The notes beneath the pieces are model-generated. The model saw only the letters and a list, made by a program, of their open reading frames with translations. It was not told the origin of the DNA and did no database searches. From a virus (Duplodnaviria; Caudoviricetes), in the IMG/VR virus record IMGVR_UViG_3300020533_000001, positions 1 through 56,247 of that record: a stretch of DNA of 56,247 bases. One strand, given 5' to 3'. Of this stretch, positions 36,187 through 45,718 are shown in pieces. Numbering within the stretch: the stretch's first letter is position 1; every line of letters starts with the position of its first letter. Made by a program: the position numbers and the translations under genes.

Positions 36187-36816
36187 ATGCGTCCTATTAG
36201 TTTTACGAGATCACAACCGGCGGCAGATGCGGACAGTATCGTTTCAGCCCAGTCGCTGAGCGTATCTGGCGCGATTACGTTGGATGGAGTGTTGGTATCG
36301 AACGGCGTAGCCGTGTTGACGGTACCGGCTGTCTTGACAGCAACTAACGCAGCCTCTTCTACCATCAACTTTGTGGTGACCGGTACGGGTCCTGCGGGGC
36401 AGTCTCAGGTTGAGACACTGGCTCTGACGGCTTCGGGTACGGTGACGGGTTCGCTGTCGTTTGCGACGGTGACCGGCATTACGTCAAGCGCAGCAGCGGC
36501 ATCTACCATCAGCATCGGCAACGGTGTGTCTGGGTATACGTCGTGGATTCCGCTCGACATCTACACGCCGAACCAAGTGACCAACATCTCTGGTAAGACC
36601 AGCGGTACGGTCAACTACTCGGTTGAGTACACGAACGAAGATCCGTTTGATCTTAGCATCCAGCAGTTAGCGGTTCCGCACCCAAATGCGAGCCTGACAG
36701 CAGCGAGCGGCGATGAGACGCAGTTCACGACCACGTTGATGCGAGCGGTTCGCTTGAAGATTAATTCGGGCGGTGGTTCGGTTCGCTTCACGATCGTCCA
36801 GCAATCGACGGCTTGA
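36187..36816 (+). CDS. Beta-rich virion structural protein
   Basis: Thr/Ser/Gly rich; lies in the structural operon. Confidence 0.7.
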   Translation: MRPISFTRSQPAADADSIVSAQSLSVSGAITLDGVLVSNGVAVLTVPAVLTATNAASSTINFVVTGTGPAGQSQVETLALTASGTVTGSLSFATVTGITSSAAAASTISIGNGVSGYTSWIPLDIYTPNQVTNISGKTSGTVNYSVEYTNEDPFDLSIQQLAVPHPNASLTAASGDETQFTTTLMRAVRLKINSGGGSVRFTIVQQSTA

Positions 36817-36819
36817 TAA

Positions 36820-37515
36820 ATGGCTAACATCAAGATCACCGATCTTACGGCGGCGACTGCGCTTGGCGGGACTGAGCTGTTTGAAGCGGTTCAGTCTTCC
36901 TCGTCAGTCAAGGCATCGGCTCAGCAAATCAAAACGTATGTTGGGAGTTCTCTTAACATCACGGGCGGTGTGCTGGGATCGGTCACGATCACCAATGGCG
37001 TAGGTAGCTTTAGCTCGCTTTCGGTAACGGCGGGAACAATCCCGTTTAACACCATTACGAATCGCGCTATTGGCCAGTTTGAATCTCACATTGATCAAAC
37101 AGCCGCATCAGCTAACGTCGGTTATGTCGTGCAGATGAATAACGCAGCCGACTTTAACGCTGGAATTACGATTGCTTCTAGCACAAACGTCACGGTAGCA
37201 GCTACTGGTGTCTATTCTATTAATGCTAGCATTCAGTTTGCAAACTCTGACAGCACCAACCACACATCGACGTTCTGGTTCACTAAAAACGGAACAAACA
37301 TTCCGAACTCTGCATCCATTATTTCTGTGCCTAAGGTAGCGGATGGCGGTAAAACACTGGCTCAAGTGACTATTTTTGAGTCAATGACTGTTAGCAGTTA
37401 TGTACAGTTGGTTTGGTCTGCAAACAATATCGCTGTTAGTTTGGATTACTCGTCTGCAACCGTAACTGCTCCGGAAGTTCCCTCTGTTATCTTCAACATG
37501 CAGAGAATTAAGTGA
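36820..37515 (+). CDS. Fibre/spike protein with C1q-like C-terminal domain
   Basis: MANIKITDL anchor; ATGVYSINASIQF..KNG..YVQLVW. Confidence 0.7.
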   Translation: MANIKITDLTAATALGGTELFEAVQSSSSVKASAQQIKTYVGSSLNITGGVLGSVTITNGVGSFSSLSVTAGTIPFNTITNRAIGQFESHIDQTAASANVGYVVQMNNAADFNAGITIASSTNVTVAATGVYSINASIQFANSDSTNHTSTFWFTKNGTNIPNSASIISVPKVADGGKTLAQVTIFESMTVSSYVQLVWSANNIAVSLDYSSATVTAPEVPSVIFNMQRIK

Positions 37516-37838
37516 TGAAGATTCGCGGTAACTGGGAAGACTGGGAAGACTTTGAGAACTTTGCCAAGGGCGGCGGTGCATTTAAGACTGGAGCTTGGCA
37601 ACGCAAGGCTGGAAAAAATCCAGAAGGCGGCTTGAACGAAGCTGGTCGTCGTAGTGCGAAGCGTGAAGGGATGAACTTGAAGCCGCCAGTGAGCGCGAGC
37701 CAAGCAAAGAAATCTCCAAAAGCAGCGGCACGACGCAGATCGTTCTGTGCGAGGATGTCCGGAATGCCGGGTCCAATGAAAGATGACAAGGGCAGGCCGA
37801 CGCGCAAAGCGTTGTCTCTCCGTAAATGGGATTGTTAA
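37515..37838 (+). CDS. Basic DUF6321-like protein with acidic N-terminal extension
   Basis: AWQRK.GKNPEGGLN..RRRSFCARMSG..LSLRKWDC. Confidence 0.78.
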   Translation: MKIRGNWEDWEDFENFAKGGGAFKTGAWQRKAGKNPEGGLNEAGRRSAKREGMNLKPPVSASQAKKSPKAAARRRSFCARMSGMPGPMKDDKGRPTRKALSLRKWDC

Positions 37839-37850
37839 GAGGAAACCATC

Positions 37851-38837
37851 ATGGGCGTTAAGTACGTTAAAGATTTTGCTTTCCCGTCTGACCGTGGTTT
37901 CCACGGATCAAACAAAATGCCGCGAGCCGCGATGGCTTCTGAGCGCGGAATGCCGCGAGTCGTTCGCCGCCCGATGCCTTTGACGCCGGTTCCGGAAGAG
38001 CCGATGTATGGCAAAGGCGGAAAAGTTACAAAAGTTCCTGCTAAAGCCAAAGAGTCTTATAAAGATGTTCCTGCTCGCGCTAAACCAAATGCACCTGCGC
38101 GTGGCGCTCCGAAGATGGAATCCAAGCCTAAAGTTGGCAAGGGACAGGGTTACGCCGAGGGCGGATACGTTCCGGGTTACGAAATGGATCGTCTTCCGGC
38201 CAAGAAGCCGCCGGGTCGCGGAATGGACTTGGCTCCGTCAAAGCGATTCAAGGGCGAGTACGAAGGCTACGCCAAGGGCGGTAACGTAAAGGGCAAGAAG
38301 ATCGCTAAAGTCATGCGCGAGTACAAAGAGGGCAAGCTGCACTCAGGTTCCAAGAAGGGTCCTGTGGTGAAGAACCCGAAGCAAGCGATGGCGATTGCGC
38401 TGTCGGAAGCTCGTGCTGCGAAGAAGGCCGCGGGTGGCGCTGTTGACAGAGATTACGACGATGTTATGAAAAAGTTCGTGCCTTACGAGTCCAAGGGTCC
38501 GAAGACTCGCTATACCGCTGCTAAGGGTCGTCGTATGGCGAAAGAGCGTGCCATGGAACGTCGTGCTTTGGATAAGGCGCGTCACGCTGAGAAGTATGCT
38601 CCGGGCCTGAGTTTGGATATGGAAGACGAGAGCATGGTCCGTGAGGGCAAGATGCTCAAGTACGCCAAAGGCGGAAAGGCCAAGCATTCTGATGTGAAGA
38701 TGGACAAGGCCGTGGTGAAGAAGGCTGTCCACAAGCATGAGAAAGCGATGCATCCCGGTAAGAAGATGACCAAGCTCAACAAGGGCGGCGTTCCTTCATA
38801 CGGACGTAAGCCAATGTACGGCGGCGGTAAGTGCTAA
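37851..38837 (+). CDS. Basic modular protein containing a DUF6496-like segment; seven xxGG motifs
   Basis: KVMREYKEGKLHSG..KQAMAIALSEAR; YGKGG, YAEGG, YAKGG, KAAGG, YAKGG, LNKGG, MYGGG. Confidence 0.8.
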   Translation: MGVKYVKDFAFPSDRGFHGSNKMPRAAMASERGMPRVVRRPMPLTPVPEEPMYGKGGKVTKVPAKAKESYKDVPARAKPNAPARGAPKMESKPKVGKGQGYAEGGYVPGYEMDRLPAKKPPGRGMDLAPSKRFKGEYEGYAKGGNVKGKKIAKVMREYKEGKLHSGSKKGPVVKNPKQAMAIALSEARAAKKAAGGAVDRDYDDVMKKFVPYESKGPKTRYTAAKGRRMAKERAMERRALDKARHAEKYAPGLSLDMEDESMVREGKMLKYAKGGKAKHSDVKMDKAVVKKAVHKHEKAMHPGKKMTKLNKGGVPSYGRKPMYGGGKC

Positions 38838-38902
38838 AATAACTTCCGTGTAGTCAGAGGGGTCTGCTCAGTGCAGTAGACCATGGCGCAAGAGGGACCC
38901 TG
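38832..38902 (+). promoter_or_regulatory. Extended -10 promoter and structured leader
   Basis: TGCTAAAAT; hairpin GGTCTGCT/AGTAGACC. Confidence 0.45.
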
Positions 38903-39898
38903 ATGGCGACTTCCGGTACAGTTTCGACAACTCAGTTCACGACTAGGCAGGTCATTGACCATGCCTACAGGCGTTGTCGTTTGGGTGCGCAACAGATCAC
39001 CTCTGAGATGATCGACATTGCGAACGACCAGCTTTACCTGATTCTGGCTAACCTTGCGAATCGGGGCGTTCAGCTCTGGTGTATTGAGCGACTGATCATG
39101 CCTCTTTACGAGGGGCAAGGCGCTGTGACTTTGCCTATTGGCACGGTTGACGTTCTCAACACCAACTTGCGTACTTTGCAAGAAGCGACGGGCACAACGG
39201 CTACGACATCAACGACGTATCAGAATTACAGCGTGAACGGACTAACTGTCACCACGGTTGGAATTAAATGGTCTGCCACATCTCGTCCGTTTGTTATTGA
39301 GCAGTCTAATGACGGCATTCTTTGGACGGCGGTAGAAACTCAAGAGTCCACTAGCGCTCCTACTCAGGTAGCGGGTGAATGGCTTTGGATTGATACCGAA
39401 GTTCCGGTTACCGCAGATTATTTCCGCGTTCGCGTGACGAGCGGAACCCTATCGGCCTCGGAGATTTACTTTGGGAACACGCCCAACGAGATCCCTATTG
39501 CACGATTGAATCGTGATGACTATACGGCTTTGCCCAACAAGTCTTTCCTTGGCCGTCCTTTGCAATTTTGGTTTGATCGTCAACTAAATCAACCCATCAT
39601 GCGGCTCTGGCCTGCGCCAAATGCTCAGGCGGAAACCCAACAAATTGTGCTGTGGCGTCATCGCTACATTCAGGATGTTGGCACCATGACTCAGGAGCTG
39701 GATGTTCCGCAGCGTTGGTTCGATGCGATTGTCGCTATGCTGGCTTCTAAGCTTGCGGAGGAGACTCCGGAAGTGGATGCCAACTTGATGCCGATCTTGG
39801 AAGCCAAGGCTGAGAAGGCGCTGGCTCAGGCGGAGAACGAGGAACGAGATAACTCGCCAATTTATTGGACTCCGAACCTTAGCATGTATACGAGGTAA
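38903..39898 (+). CDS. Head-tail adaptor-like protein with inserted beta-sandwich domain
   Basis: MATSGT..AYRRC..NRG..LW, Y..LPNK..GRPLQFW, VPQRW. Confidence 0.72.
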   Translation: MATSGTVSTTQFTTRQVIDHAYRRCRLGAQQITSEMIDIANDQLYLILANLANRGVQLWCIERLIMPLYEGQGAVTLPIGTVDVLNTNLRTLQEATGTTATTSTTYQNYSVNGLTVTTVGIKWSATSRPFVIEQSNDGILWTAVETQESTSAPTQVAGEWLWIDTEVPVTADYFRVRVTSGTLSASEIYFGNTPNEIPIARLNRDDYTALPNKSFLGRPLQFWFDRQLNQPIMRLWPAPNAQAETQQIVLWRHRYIQDVGTMTQELDVPQRWFDAIVAMLASKLAEETPEVDANLMPILEAKAEKALAQAENEERDNSPIYWTPNLSMYTR

Positions 39899-39900
39899 TC

Positions 39901-40215
39901 ATGGGTTTGTACCTAGATACTCGTGGATTAACTTACGCAGCGATTGGCATTTGTGATCGTTGTTCTCGCAAGTTTCCTTTGGCAGAGCTGATGCCTGATC
40001 GAAACTCTCCGGGTCTTCGGGTCTGCAAAGTAGATTGGGATGAGCTTGATCCGTATCGCTTGCCTGCGCGTCAAACAGAACGAATTACGCTTCCGTTTGT
40101 AAGACCAGACGTTCCGCTCACTTCGCAGCCGTATGGCGTGATTAGTGAGGACGGCAATACGTTCTTGGTTAATGAATCGGATGATAATTATCTTGAGCCG
40201 GAGCAACCGCTGTAA
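39901..40215 (+). CDS. Small Cys-containing virion protein
   Basis: AIGICDRC..GLRVC..RPD. Confidence 0.7.
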   Translation: MGLYLDTRGLTYAAIGICDRCSRKFPLAELMPDRNSPGLRVCKVDWDELDPYRLPARQTERITLPFVRPDVPLTSQPYGVISEDGNTFLVNESDDNYLEPEQPL

Positions 40216-42323
40216 TGGCTAACGTCCCAAGTAATTTGATCCCATCGCGGATCAGCCAGTTACCGGAAGCGCCAAACGCAGATCCGGCTGGATACTTTCC
40301 GATTACGATTTCTGGCACGACCTATAAGGTTCAGTTCAGCCAGATGATGTCGAACATCGAAGTTCCGGCTTCTCGTGTGATTAATGCGGGGACGGGGCTG
40401 ACGGGTGGCGGTTCGCTCTCGGCGGACATTACGATTGCCGTAGCCAACGGTGGTATCGGTGATCAGCAGCTTGATGTAACGGGTGTTAGCGCCGGGACGT
40501 ATGGTAGCGGGGCGAATGTCCCTGTTATCACGGTCAACACGAAAGGTCGTGTTACTTCTGTTAGCACGACTCCGCTGGTCATTAGCGGCTACGTTCCGGA
40601 TTCGCGTCAGATTGTTGCGGGTACGGGTTTGTCTGGAGGGGGAAACCTCGAACAGAATCGCACTCTGGCCATCGACTTCTCAAGCGCCAACCCTCAGCCC
40701 CTAGGCTCAGTCACAGCGGGTACGGGTGTTAATGCAGCGCGTGATGATCACGTTCACCCGGCGGTGGATCTGTCGGATGCAAATGAAACTACTGGCGTTC
40801 TGCCGATGGGTCGCGGTGGTACTGGCTCAGCGATGTCGCCGGTTGCGGGTGCGGTCGTTGTCAGTAATGGAACCAACTTTGATCTGACAACCGTGGGTTC
40901 GCCGGGGCAAGTTCTGGCATCTACCGGGGCTGGTATCCCAACTTGGCAGACGCTGACTGGTGCGGGTACGGTCACCAGCATTGACGTAAGCAGTACTGTT
41001 TCGGGCGTGGTGTTCACAGGCGGTCCAGTTACGGCTGCGGGTGTCATCACGATGTCCGGAACGCTTGCCATCAGCAATGGCGGCACAGGCGCGAGCACGG
41101 CATCGGGTGCTAGAACTAATTTGGGATTGGGTTCGATTTCAACCCAGAACGCCAATGATGTGTCGATTTCCGGCGGTAGCATATATGTTACTACTGTCGG
41201 AGCGGCAAGCGGCGCGGTTACCAACTTAACTGGTACCAATTTAGGTTTTACGAATGTAGATACATCGGACTTGTCGGCCACGGTTGGAACGATTCCAACG
41301 CTAACGGGCGATAGCTGGACGGTTACTAATTTCACCGCTACTAGCGCAACGATTAGCAACTTCACGTTTACGTCATCGACCGTTACGCATTTAACGGCGA
41401 CAAATCTGACGGCTACAAGCGCGACGATTACGACGCTCACGAGTCCGAGCGCGGGTATCACGACGCTATCGGGAACATCGCTCGGTTATAGCAGCGGTAA
41501 CGTCACAACGCTCACCAGCGGTTCTTTGACGGCGACTAATCTGACTGCGACTAGCGGTACAGTTACGACGCTGGCAGCGACTTCTGCTGTAGTGACGAAC
41601 CTTGCTGTGACGAGCCTGACTGTTAGCAGCCTGTCTTTGGCTAATGCATCGTTCACCAGTGCAAGCATTACGACTCTTACCAGCACAAGCGCCGGGATTG
41701 CGACGGTATCGGGCACCTCACTGGCGTATGGCAGCGGTAATATTACGACACTGACTAGCGGATCTTTGACGGCTACGAATCTAACCGCAACGAGCGGAAC
41801 GGTTACCACGCTGTTTTCAACTTCGGCTTCGGTCACTAATCTAGCCGTTACGAGTTTGACGGTTAGCAGTTTGTCGTTGACTAACGCTTCGTTTACGAGC
41901 GCAACGATTACTACGCTGACCTCAACTTCAGCCGCGATTACCACGGTATCGGGTACGGCGCTGGGGTACAGCAGCGGAAACATCACGGTTCTAACCAGTG
42001 GTTCTGCTACGCTGACCAACCTGACGGCTACGAGTGGTACAGTTACAACGCTAACTTCTGGTTCAGCCAGCATCACAAACTTGGCTGTTACAAGCCTGAC
42101 TGTTAGCAGTCTGTCGCTCTCTAATGCGACCTTTACCAGCGCCACGATTACGACGCTGACCAGCACCTCGGCAGGTATTACGAATCTGTCCTTGGGGAGC
42201 TTGGTCATCAGCTCTAATACGCTGGTAGCAAACCTCAACGCCGATTTGCTCGACGGGCAGACCGGAAGTTATTATTTGGATCTGGCCAATGCCACGGGAA
42301 CCCTTAGCGGGGGAGCTTACTAA
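40215..42323 (+). CDS. Tail fibre protein with Thr/Ser-rich repeats
   Basis: AGTGLTGGG, GTYG, ARDDHVHP, GGTGAST..ARTNLGL, NADLLDG; C-terminal GGAY. Confidence 0.85.
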   Translation: MANVPSNLIPSRISQLPEAPNADPAGYFPITISGTTYKVQFSQMMSNIEVPASRVINAGTGLTGGGSLSADITIAVANGGIGDQQLDVTGVSAGTYGSGANVPVITVNTKGRVTSVSTTPLVISGYVPDSRQIVAGTGLSGGGNLEQNRTLAIDFSSANPQPLGSVTAGTGVNAARDDHVHPAVDLSDANETTGVLPMGRGGTGSAMSPVAGAVVVSNGTNFDLTTVGSPGQVLASTGAGIPTWQTLTGAGTVTSIDVSSTVSGVVFTGGPVTAAGVITMSGTLAISNGGTGASTASGARTNLGLGSISTQNANDVSISGGSIYVTTVGAASGAVTNLTGTNLGFTNVDTSDLSATVGTIPTLTGDSWTVTNFTATSATISNFTFTSSTVTHLTATNLTATSATITTLTSPSAGITTLSGTSLGYSSGNVTTLTSGSLTATNLTATSGTVTTLAATSAVVTNLAVTSLTVSSLSLANASFTSASITTLTSTSAGIATVSGTSLAYGSGNITTLTSGSLTATNLTATSGTVTTLFSTSASVTNLAVTSLTVSSLSLTNASFTSATITTLTSTSAAITTVSGTALGYSSGNITVLTSGSATLTNLTATSGTVTTLTSGSASITNLAVTSLTVSSLSLSNATFTSATITTLTSTSAGITNLSLGSLVISSNTLVANLNADLLDGQTGSYYLDLANATGTLSGGAY
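41418..42190 (+). repeat. 240-bp (80-aa) coding repeat, about 3.2 copies
   Basis: Units start at 41418, 41658, 41898 and 42138; near-identical protein but diverged codons. Confidence 0.85.
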
Positions 42324-44410
42324 TGCCTACTATCCTGACGAAAAAGAGTGACACTCCGGGCGCAGTCCCGGCAACGGCTAACCTGACAAATGCGGCAGGA
42401 GGGGCTGAACTAGCTGTTAACACGGCAGACAAACGCCTGTTCTCCATCAATGGCAGCAGTGTTATCATTGAGGTAGGAACCAATCCGTCAAGCCTGACTT
42501 GCGCGGATGCATCGTTTACGGTTGCTCGGGTGGGCAGTCTCACGATTACGAGCTTGACGCTGACCAACGCAACAGTGACTTCAGCTACGGTCACGACGTT
42601 GACGGGTACAAGTGCCAACATCACGACTCTTTCAGGTACAAACCTGAGCTACGGTTCTGCCACGATCACCACCGGCAACCTCACGTTCTCCAGCACCGCC
42701 CAGCGCATTACGGGCGACATGAGCAATGCGACGGTTGCTAACCGGCTGGCGTTTCAGAACAGCGTTACGAATCAGCAAACATTAATTACGGTTTTGCCTA
42801 ACGGATCAGCAACTACTTCCGGCGTTTCGTTTGAAGGCGACAGCGCCACGACAAACGGCACAACCTTCCAGATGATTAATAGTCCGGGCGGTGCTGGGGA
42901 CGCTCGTTTTATTGCAGGCATTCGCGGCACCGGCTCCTACCTCCCGATGACCTTCTACACCGGAGGCAGCGAGAGGGTCAGGATAGATACGTCGGGCAAC
43001 GTCGGTATTGGCACTAGCACGCTTGTTGGTGGCATTCGTTTAACCGTTTTGGGCGGTGGCACGCAGTTAAGCCCCGGCACGGCAGCGCAAGAAGGTTTGC
43101 GAATTCAGCGTGCCACGGGTTACGCGACCCTTACCGGCATTAACAACGACAACAACGCTTATAACGGATTGCAGTTATTCACCGGAGCAAGCGCGGCTGT
43201 CACCGTTGATACGTCGGGCAACGTCGGTATTGGGCGAGCGCCAAACTATCAACTTGACGTTTATCGCTCCGGTACGACAAACACAACGATCGCTGCTGCT
43301 AACGATAACATCGTCAACATTTTGCAAGTATCCGGCAACACGGCAGGCGTCGTCGGCACAATCACATCGCATCCGTTGATTTTTACGGCTGGCAACACCG
43401 AACGGATGCGCATTGACTCCTCCGGCAACGTCGGGATCGGCGGGACGGCCCCGGCTTATGTTAAATTTTATTTATCGGGAACGTATCCCACCAGCATCAA
43501 TGTTACGCAAGTAGTGCGTGCTGACGGAACAATTCCAAGCGGTAGCACATCAAGCGCATCAATTTTTCAAAGCGTTCCAACAACGCAAGCCGCGTCATTT
43601 ACGCTGCCTTCTTTATCTCACTTTAATGCTACGCAAACGAGTTTTGGCGCAGGATCAACCGTTACATCGCAATACGGCTTTGTTGCGGAATCCACCCTTA
43701 CCGGCGCCACCAACAACTATGGCTTTTACTCCGCAATCGCCTCTGGCTCTAACCGCTGGAACTTCTATGCAGCGGGGACGGCGCAGAATTATTTTGCGGG
43801 GAATACGGGTGTTGGAACGACTACAATTGCAGGAAAGTTTAACGTAGGCGGCGGGCGGTCGTTTTTTGGCGCAAACAGCGAAACGTATTCAATAGCCGTT
43901 GGTTACACGCAAGCGCGGTGCAATAGCGGGCAAACTTATTACATTGGCGCTACCGATTCCGCTACCCCAGATTTGGTATTCAGCAACGCCGCTGGCACCG
44001 AGCGGATGCGTATTGCAGATAATGGCGAAGTTATCGTCGGAATAACCGACCAAGGCGCATACAACCTCCAATGCAACGGCACGGGCGTATGGGGCGCTGG
44101 TGCATACGTCAACGGTTCTGACGCACGACTGAAGGACGACATTACCACGCTCAACGATGGGCTAAATGTGGTGTCACAACTTCGCCCTGTCACGTTCAAA
44201 TACAAGCCTGACTATTCCAAGGATCAAAACGTCCAGACCGGCTTTATCGCGCAAGAACTGCAAGCGGTATTGGCTGGCAAGGACTACGTTGACGGCATCG
44301 TGCAGGCTGGCCCGAATCACCTTAACGTCGCGTATCAGTCATTGATCCCGATTCTGGTGAAAGCAATTCAAGAACTGACAGCGCGTGTCGCTGAACTGGA
44401 GGCTAAATAA
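42323..44410 (+). CDS. Tail fibre with C-terminal peptidase S74 intramolecular chaperone
   Basis: ELAVNTADKRLF, ERMRIDSSGNVGIG repeats, SDARLKDDI..LRPVTF..GFIAQE..LVKAIQEL. Confidence 0.9.
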   Translation: MPTILTKKSDTPGAVPATANLTNAAGGAELAVNTADKRLFSINGSSVIIEVGTNPSSLTCADASFTVARVGSLTITSLTLTNATVTSATVTTLTGTSANITTLSGTNLSYGSATITTGNLTFSSTAQRITGDMSNATVANRLAFQNSVTNQQTLITVLPNGSATTSGVSFEGDSATTNGTTFQMINSPGGAGDARFIAGIRGTGSYLPMTFYTGGSERVRIDTSGNVGIGTSTLVGGIRLTVLGGGTQLSPGTAAQEGLRIQRATGYATLTGINNDNNAYNGLQLFTGASAAVTVDTSGNVGIGRAPNYQLDVYRSGTTNTTIAAANDNIVNILQVSGNTAGVVGTITSHPLIFTAGNTERMRIDSSGNVGIGGTAPAYVKFYLSGTYPTSINVTQVVRADGTIPSGSTSSASIFQSVPTTQAASFTLPSLSHFNATQTSFGAGSTVTSQYGFVAESTLTGATNNYGFYSAIASGSNRWNFYAAGTAQNYFAGNTGVGTTTIAGKFNVGGGRSFFGANSETYSIAVGYTQARCNSGQTYYIGATDSATPDLVFSNAAGTERMRIADNGEVIVGITDQGAYNLQCNGTGVWGAGAYVNGSDARLKDDITTLNDGLNVVSQLRPVTFKYKPDYSKDQNVQTGFIAQELQAVLAGKDYVDGIVQAGPNHLNVAYQSLIPILVKAIQELTARVAELEAK

Positions 44411-44725
44411 ATGGCTACTTGGAAAATTGAAAACATAATCGTTAAGCCGCAAGACGGCTCGCACACCGACGTTGTCGTGACCGCTGCCTACCGCTGTTCT
44501 GCCAGCGATGGCGACAAGACGGCATCCAATTACGGCAGCATGGGCTTTGCCTCACCGGGTGATGACTTCGTGGCGTATCCCGACCTGACCGAAGCCGATG
44601 TGCTGGGCTGGGTGTGGGCGAACGGCGTGGACAAGGCCGAGGTTGAGGCAAACGTGGCGCGTGAGTTGGATATGCTCGTCAACCCGCCGACCGTCGCCAA
44701 GCCGTTGCCGTGGAGCGCAGAATGA
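44411..44725 (+). CDS. Tail fibre-associated protein
   Basis: TWKI..DVV..FVAYPDLTEADVLGWV..PLPW. Confidence 0.75.
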   Translation: MATWKIENIIVKPQDGSHTDVVVTAAYRCSASDGDKTASNYGSMGFASPGDDFVAYPDLTEADVLGWVWANGVDKAEVEANVARELDMLVNPPTVAKPLPWSAE

Positions 44726-44871
44726 TTAAGTTGGAACTATCCGTTGAGGAAGTAAACGCCATCCTGCAAGTGCTGGGGCAACTTCCGACAAGCAGCGGTG
44801 CATGGCCGTTGCTTTTGAAGGTGAAGGAACAGGCCGAGTTGCAAGTGCCGAAGGTAGATGAGGATAAATAA
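44722..44871 (+). CDS. 49-aa fibre-associated protein (not in ORF track)
   Basis: MIKLELSVEEVNAILQVLGQLP..; ATGA-coupled. Confidence 0.7.
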   Translation: MIKLELSVEEVNAILQVLGQLPTSSGAWPLLLKVKEQAELQVPKVDEDK

Positions 44872-45240
44872 ATGAATGCTGTATGGAAAGTTCGGCAGAT
44901 TGAATGCCTGTCAAACAACGGAATGCAAAACATTGTCGTAACGGTCTGCTTTGACATTGACGCAGACGAGGATGGGTTAAAGGGCTTTGTGCAGGGCGAC
45001 GTTAAGTTGCTGCCCCCCGACGCTCAGAGTTTTACTCAGTTGGCCGATGTTACTGAAGATCAGGTCATTCAATGGACCAAAGATGCTCTCGGCGCTGATG
45101 GCGTAGCTCGTTTTGAGGGCATGGCCCAGCAGCAAATCGACAATCAAAAGACCCCGCAGCCGAAGACCGTTCCGCTTCCTTGGGTTCCGGTTCCCGAGCC
45201 GGAGCCAATTCCTGAAGTTGCAACTGATTCGGAGCCGTGA
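44872..45240 (+). CDS. Tail fibre-associated protein, paralog of 44411-44725
   Basis: VWKV..NIV..FTQLADVTEDQVIQW..PLPW. Confidence 0.75.
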   Translation: MNAVWKVRQIECLSNNGMQNIVVTVCFDIDADEDGLKGFVQGDVKLLPPDAQSFTQLADVTEDQVIQWTKDALGADGVARFEGMAQQQIDNQKTPQPKTVPLPWVPVPEPEPIPEVATDSEP

Positions 45241-45242
45241 GG

Positions 45243-45464
45243 ATGGAAATGCAGGTCTTGTTCAATATCGTGGTCGGTGTAGCCGCGTTCTTTGGTGGAT
45301 GGTCGCTTAATCAGATCACCCGCAGCATTGAGCGTTTGGATAAGGACGTTCGCAATATGCCGTTGACGTATGTGACTCAAACAACGTATCAGCGAGACAT
45401 TGACGACATTAAAAATATGCTGAGTAAGATCTTCGATAAGCTGGATGAGAAGGCCGATAAATGA
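45243..45464 (+). CDS. Single-TM coiled-coil protein (lysis region)
   Basis: N-terminal hydrophobic helix; IFDKLDEKADK. Confidence 0.65.
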   Translation: MEMQVLFNIVVGVAAFFGGWSLNQITRSIERLDKDVRNMPLTYVTQTTYQRDIDDIKNMLSKIFDKLDEKADK

Positions 45465-45718
45465 ATATGCAGAAGATTGTGGACATGCTGTTCCCGGTTC
45501 TGCTGGCCGCTGTAGGTTGGCTGCTGGCAGAGATCGCATCGTTCAACAATCGTCTGATTGCCATTGAGTCTAAGATCCCCATCCTGATTACCGAGGACGG
45601 TGTACCTACTGATAGCCCACTAAGCGCCGCTCGTCGTCAGGAACTCAAAGACGACATCATGGAAGACATCCACGACCTACAAGTACGGGTCAAGTTGATA
45701 GAGGAGCGCAACAAATGA
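45461..45718 (+). CDS. Single-TM protein (lysis region)
   Basis: LFPVLLAAVGWLL; ATGA-coupled. Confidence 0.65.
   Translation: MNMQKIVDMLFPVLLAAVGWLLAEIASFNNRLIAIESKIPILITEDGVPTDSPLSAARRQELKDDIMEDIHDLQVRVKLIEERNK

Noticed and set aside
42960-44040. ERMRIDSSGNVGIG repeats as a DGR template/variable pair
   Set aside because: Ordinary fibre repeats; no reverse transcriptase and no adenine-specific mismatch pattern seen.
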